This document shows positions 60,430 to 64,000 of a stretch of 64,000 nt of DNA, in pieces. This DNA is from Azolla caroliniana (lineage: Eukaryota > Plantae > Polypodiophyta), in NCBI GenBank assembly GCA_043228905.1, contig JBHGNT010000017.1, positions 14,446,001 through 14,510,000 of the forward strand, given 5' to 3'. The notes beneath the pieces are model-generated. The model saw only the letters and a program-made list of their open reading frames with translations, was not told the origin of the DNA and did not search any database. Both the position numbers and the translations under genes were made by a program. Numbering within the stretch: position 1 is the first letter of the stretch; each line of letters starts with the position of its first letter.

Positions 60430-63321
60430 CTACGGCGGGTCCGTTGGTGGTTGCTGCGGCTGCTCCTCCGTTTGTGGCTCTGACACCGGCGTCTCCGTCG
60501 TTGCTCCCTGCGTCGTGGTGGTCTCCGGTTGACTGGTTCCCGGCTGGCCCTCAGCTGACGACGGTTCCTCATCACTAAGGTTAACCGTTGTCGCTTCCCG
60601 TGCTTTTTCTTCCCGTACCCGGGACCGCTCGTAGCTTTCAAACTCAATTTGAGCGTCCAGCCTATCATCGTCCAGTTGAGCTACGAGCTGCCTGACCTGC
60701 GCCAGCTGTTCATCTGCCAGGACTTGGAAGTCGTCGGCCAGCTCGTCCCGTATGGCGGTGAAGTCCTCGGAAGTCAACGTATAACAGTCATCTCCTTCTT
60801 TCCGCCGGTTTGCCACATCCGCCGGTAGCAACTGGAGTTCCGCCGCGTTTTGTGCCCACTTTGTCCACCATTTTACGGAGCTTTCATCAATCAAGTGCTT
60901 CGTCTGATTCAGCCATGCCCGGAGGATGGACTGAATCCGGCTCGTTCCCAATTGCGATTTGCTTTCCGCCGCTTGCCGTTCCTCCTTCAGTTGTTTGATG
61001 ATTTTTACGTTGTCCTCCACCTGCGCCTTGTAATGCGTCAATTGCCTTTGATATGTACTTTGTAATTTCTGCAATACTGTTGACGCTCTCTCCTTGTCTT
61101 CCTGTTGCTGCCACTGGAGCTCCATCCGGACCTTCTCCGCCTCTTCCAAGCGTCTTGTATTTTCCGCCCGTTCGTCGGCGATCGCCATCGCGGGCCGATC
61201 AACTGCCTGCTGGAGCTCGGCCATCCGTTCTTTATGCTCCATTTCCAGCCGTTTGTAGTCCCGGTGCAGGTGCTCAAAATCATCCATCTTTTGCTTGAGC
61301 CATGCGTTGATCTGACGACGGGCCCGGTCCTCGCGGTCCTTCTGCTGGCGGAGCTCTTCCTTTAGCCGTTCAATCTCTGTTTCCGCCGTTTTCCGCAGCT
61401 TGTCCTTTTCCTGCAGCACTTTGTCTTTCTCCTCCTTTAGCCGGTCGTACGCTTGATGGCCTTTCCGGAGGCTCTCCTCTGGCCGGTGGAGGTTCTCAGC
61501 AGTCTTCTTTAATTCGGCTTCGGCCGCCGTCTTCAATTCTCGTTCACGGCTCCTTAGCGCATCTTGTGCGGCAAGTTCCTCTCTCAATTCCGCAAGCTCC
61601 CGAGCTTGCGCCGCATCTCTCGCCGGAACGGTTTCTGTTGTCGGGGTCTTATTGCTATGTACATGTCGTTCCGTTTCATTATTCTGTACACTTACCGGAG
61701 TCACCGGTGATTGGATCCGTATTTTGGCCATCTCTGTCGTGACCTGATCCAAATCTTTTTCAAGGCACCGGATTCTGGACCGGGCCGTCTCTAGTTGTTC
61801 GGTTGTGACGAGCAACCGTTCGCTTTGCGCTCTTTCTTCCGCCTCTATATACCCTACTGCTCCAGCTATCTGTTCGCCTATCCACCGGAGCCACAGGCTA
61901 CCGGTGCCTTGCTGTGCTTGGACGGAGGTTTGATAGATGGGCTCACTTGTAGAGGGGTGGTCCCGCCTGGTTGCGCCGAGTTGCAGTTCCATTTCTGCCC
62001 GTGGACCATCCTGCTGTCCTGGTTCCCCTTGCGCTTCTTCTTGGCTGACCGAGGGAAGCTGCAGTGACCTTTCCGGCTCTGGCGGGATGGGACTTGCCGG
62101 TGTTGCCGGTGGTGCCGGGGCTTCTGTTTCCGGTGCCATCTGCACCGGTTCCGGTTCCTTCCTTGGCGAGGGAGTCTCAGTATGGGGAGCCGGTGTTCCC
62201 TCCGTCTGAGGGTCCGAACGTTTCCCGACTGTCTCAACGGTCCTTGCCGACGACCGTCGATGGAGGTGCTCCGTAGGCTCCTCCTCTATTTCCTCCTCCT
62301 GAGCTCCGGCATTGAGTTTTGCCGCCAAGGGGTCCACTTCTCGATTCACCGGTCGGCGGAGTGTGACCTTCACGGGCCGTGCCGGTGGTTCCTCCTGCGC
62401 CTCCGTTGGGCGCTTCCGGCTTCCGCTTCCTGCTGCCGCCTGTTCTGTATCCACCGCCTTTCCCTTTCTAGCCTTAGAGGCCAACAACTGTTGCCGTTTG
62501 GAAGCCGTCCTTGGTGTGCCGTCCGGCACTCTTCCTCGCTTCTTGGGCTGGACGGTTTGAACGGGTGGCACCAACAAGGTGAGCCACTGCGTTACGGCGT
62601 GCCATATCCTCCGTCCGTCTCGACCTTCTTTGCCATCTTTGCCTCTGACGATCTCAATCGCCGCACACAACCCGTCTGCGATCAATACCGGCCAATCCAC
62701 CTTGATCCCTTCATAGGTGGCGATGATCATCCCTGCCCGGTTCTGCGGCATGACACGGGGTCTAGGGTACACGTGGCCGTATTCATGGAGCACACGAGCA
62801 ATTTCGCGGAACAACATATCTCCGCCGCCCTGTGTCCGGTAGCCCTTGCTGGCTAGAGAGTACTCACCAAAATACCTGATGAGTTGCTCCGGGGTTGGAT
62901 TGTCGATCGTGAGTATGCCTCCCTCCGGAAGGCCTGTTAACGCTCGAATCGCCTCTGCCGTTATGACCTCTGTATCGATTTCCTTGATCACTTTGTCGGC
63001 TTCTTTGTGTGGCGGTACTTCCATCATCATCAAGAAGCCCTCGAGCCCGTGTTGCTTCAGCCATGTCTTGGCGGCTTCCGACAGCGTTTGCGGGTCCATC
63101 TCTGTGTCGGGGTCTGATTGCGGTGACGAGGATGGATGGTGATGAGAGCGGGGTTGAGAAAGAGAGAGTTCAGAAGGTGGGGGTTCTCTGTGCGCAGGTT
63201 CTCGTCTGATGATCTTGCAGCGTTTCGGTGCTTCTGTGCTCCTGGGTTCGCGAAAGTAGAGGGTCTCTACGCGCAATGGTTTTTGTCTGTGCATTCTGGC
63301 GCCTTTTTCGAGTTTGTGCAT
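60430..63321 (-). CDS. 963-aa accessory ORF downstream of pol: helical N-terminal domain, Pro/Glu-rich linker, long coiled coil
   Basis: Uninterrupted ORF in sense orientation between the integrase stop and the LTR; probable frameshift near 60440 into a poly-Gln tail. Confidence 0.85.
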   Translation of the reverse strand: MHKLEKGARMHRQKPLRVETLYFREPRSTEAPKRCKIIRREPAHREPPPSELSLSQPRSHHHPSSSPQSDPDTEMDPQTLSEAAKTWLKQHGLEGFLMMMEVPPHKEADKVIKEIDTEVITAEAIRALTGLPEGGILTIDNPTPEQLIRYFGEYSLASKGYRTQGGGDMLFREIARVLHEYGHVYPRPRVMPQNRAGMIIATYEGIKVDWPVLIADGLCAAIEIVRGKDGKEGRDGRRIWHAVTQWLTLLVPPVQTVQPKKRGRVPDGTPRTASKRQQLLASKARKGKAVDTEQAAAGSGSRKRPTEAQEEPPARPVKVTLRRPVNREVDPLAAKLNAGAQEEEIEEEPTEHLHRRSSARTVETVGKRSDPQTEGTPAPHTETPSPRKEPEPVQMAPETEAPAPPATPASPIPPEPERSLQLPSVSQEEAQGEPGQQDGPRAEMELQLGATRRDHPSTSEPIYQTSVQAQQGTGSLWLRWIGEQIAGAVGYIEAEERAQSERLLVTTEQLETARSRIRCLEKDLDQVTTEMAKIRIQSPVTPVSVQNNETERHVHSNKTPTTETVPARDAAQARELAELREELAAQDALRSRERELKTAAEAELKKTAENLHRPEESLRKGHQAYDRLKEEKDKVLQEKDKLRKTAETEIERLKEELRQQKDREDRARRQINAWLKQKMDDFEHLHRDYKRLEMEHKERMAELQQAVDRPAMAIADERAENTRRLEEAEKVRMELQWQQQEDKERASTVLQKLQSTYQRQLTHYKAQVEDNVKIIKQLKEERQAAESKSQLGTSRIQSILRAWLNQTKHLIDESSVKWWTKWAQNAAELQLLPADVANRRKEGDDCYTLTSEDFTAIRDELADDFQVLADEQLAQVRQLVAQLDDDRLDAQIEFESYERSRVREEKAREATTVNLSDEEPSSAEGQPGTSQPETTTTQGATTETPVSEPQTEEQPQQPPTDPP

Positions 63322-63473
63322 GTCGCGTACTTAAAATAACATTATGTCCTGTGGTGGCGCTTTAAATGCCCACTACGTACCTTTTCGCTCCACGCTCTTT
63401 CATCCATTCATTCCTCGCTTTTGCATGATTGTTTTTTTTTTTTTTTCCAGTTATTATTATTATTAGTGTGACG

Positions 63474-64000
63474 TCACATGTCCGTTGGTCCTCCCGGACC
63501 CTTACTGGCCTCATTCTCTCCGGTTCCCGGCTTGCCGTCTCTGCCGTCTTGGTGGTTGCCGTCGGTCCTTTGCTCAAACGGGTTCTTAGGCATCGGTCCT
63601 CTATATGCCTTTAACCGGAATCCGTTGACCCATTTGCCCAGCACTTCGCCGGCAAGTGTCCCCAACTGGTAGGACCCATTATACTCCCGTGTTAGCCAAT
63701 ATGGTTCGGTCCATCTAAACCTTAGTTTACCCAGCATCTTGCCCATCCGGGTTTGGAATACTAACCCCGGTTTGCCGATTGCGAACATTTTTTCGTTACC
63801 TTTCCTGTGTCGGTCGACGAATGCTTTTCGTTGCCGTTGCTCCAATTCTAAATGTAAGATGCTGGTCAACCGTTGTTCCTCCAGCTCACACAGCGCTGTC
63901 AACCTTATTGTCTCCGACTCCTTCTCGTTCAGCCATTCTCGTAGCTGGATCCGTAAGCTAGGTACTTGAAATTCTACCGGCATGACCGCCTCGAGTCCGA
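63474..64000 (-). CDS. Gypsy integrase C-terminus (partial)
   Basis: EAVMPVEFQVPSLRI, KLRFRWTEPY, VNGFRLKAY. Confidence 0.9.
   Translation of the reverse strand, partial: GLEAVMPVEFQVPSLRIQLREWLNEKESETIRLTALCELEEQRLTSILHLELEQRQRKAFVDRHRKGNEKMFAIGKPGLVFQTRMGKMLGKLRFRWTEPYWLTREYNGSYQLGTLAGEVLGKWVNGFRLKAYRGPMPKNPFEQRTDGNHQDGRDGKPGTGENEASKGPGGPTDM

Larger units (their letters stand above)
59835..64000 (-). mobile_element. 3' part of a non-chromovirus gypsy inserted in the Copia RT: integrase end, large extra ORF, 3' LTR about 59835-60210
   Basis: Copia RT stops abruptly at 59834; TGTG..CACA termini; purine run AGTAGTAGGAA beside 60210; TATTTAAA near 60090. Confidence 0.85.

Overview
Eukaryotic, TE-rich land-plant nuclear DNA. 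The element types suggest a seed-free plant such as a fern or lycophyte (inference). Host genes: a 5-exon GDSL lipase (22.8-25.6 kb), an intronless secreted Pro-rich protein (34.9-35.5 kb), an intronless PLS-class PPR protein (41.9-43.6 kb), and a snoRNA cluster (C/D + H/ACA) present twice in inverted orientation (45.1-45.5 and 49.5-49.8 kb). A spliced minus-strand gene encoding a coiled coil, a RING-H2 finger and acidic repeats runs off the left edge. TEs: a broken LINE split by a young, intact chromovirus (7076-13014); a decayed Copia with TSD (15588-20791); and a nested LTR pile from 52.3 kb to the right edge. Most notable: an 11-nt self-priming signature and a -1 frameshift cassette in the chromovirus, antisense tRNA-like A/B boxes in the LTRs of two families, a protease domain in frame after an integrase, an array of six CCAAT-N9/10-CCAC(G) motifs upstream of the GDSL gene, and the inverted snoRNA duplication. 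Everything was read by eye with no searches run; rRNA/tRNA target sequences are recalled from memory, and boundaries of decayed elements are approximate.
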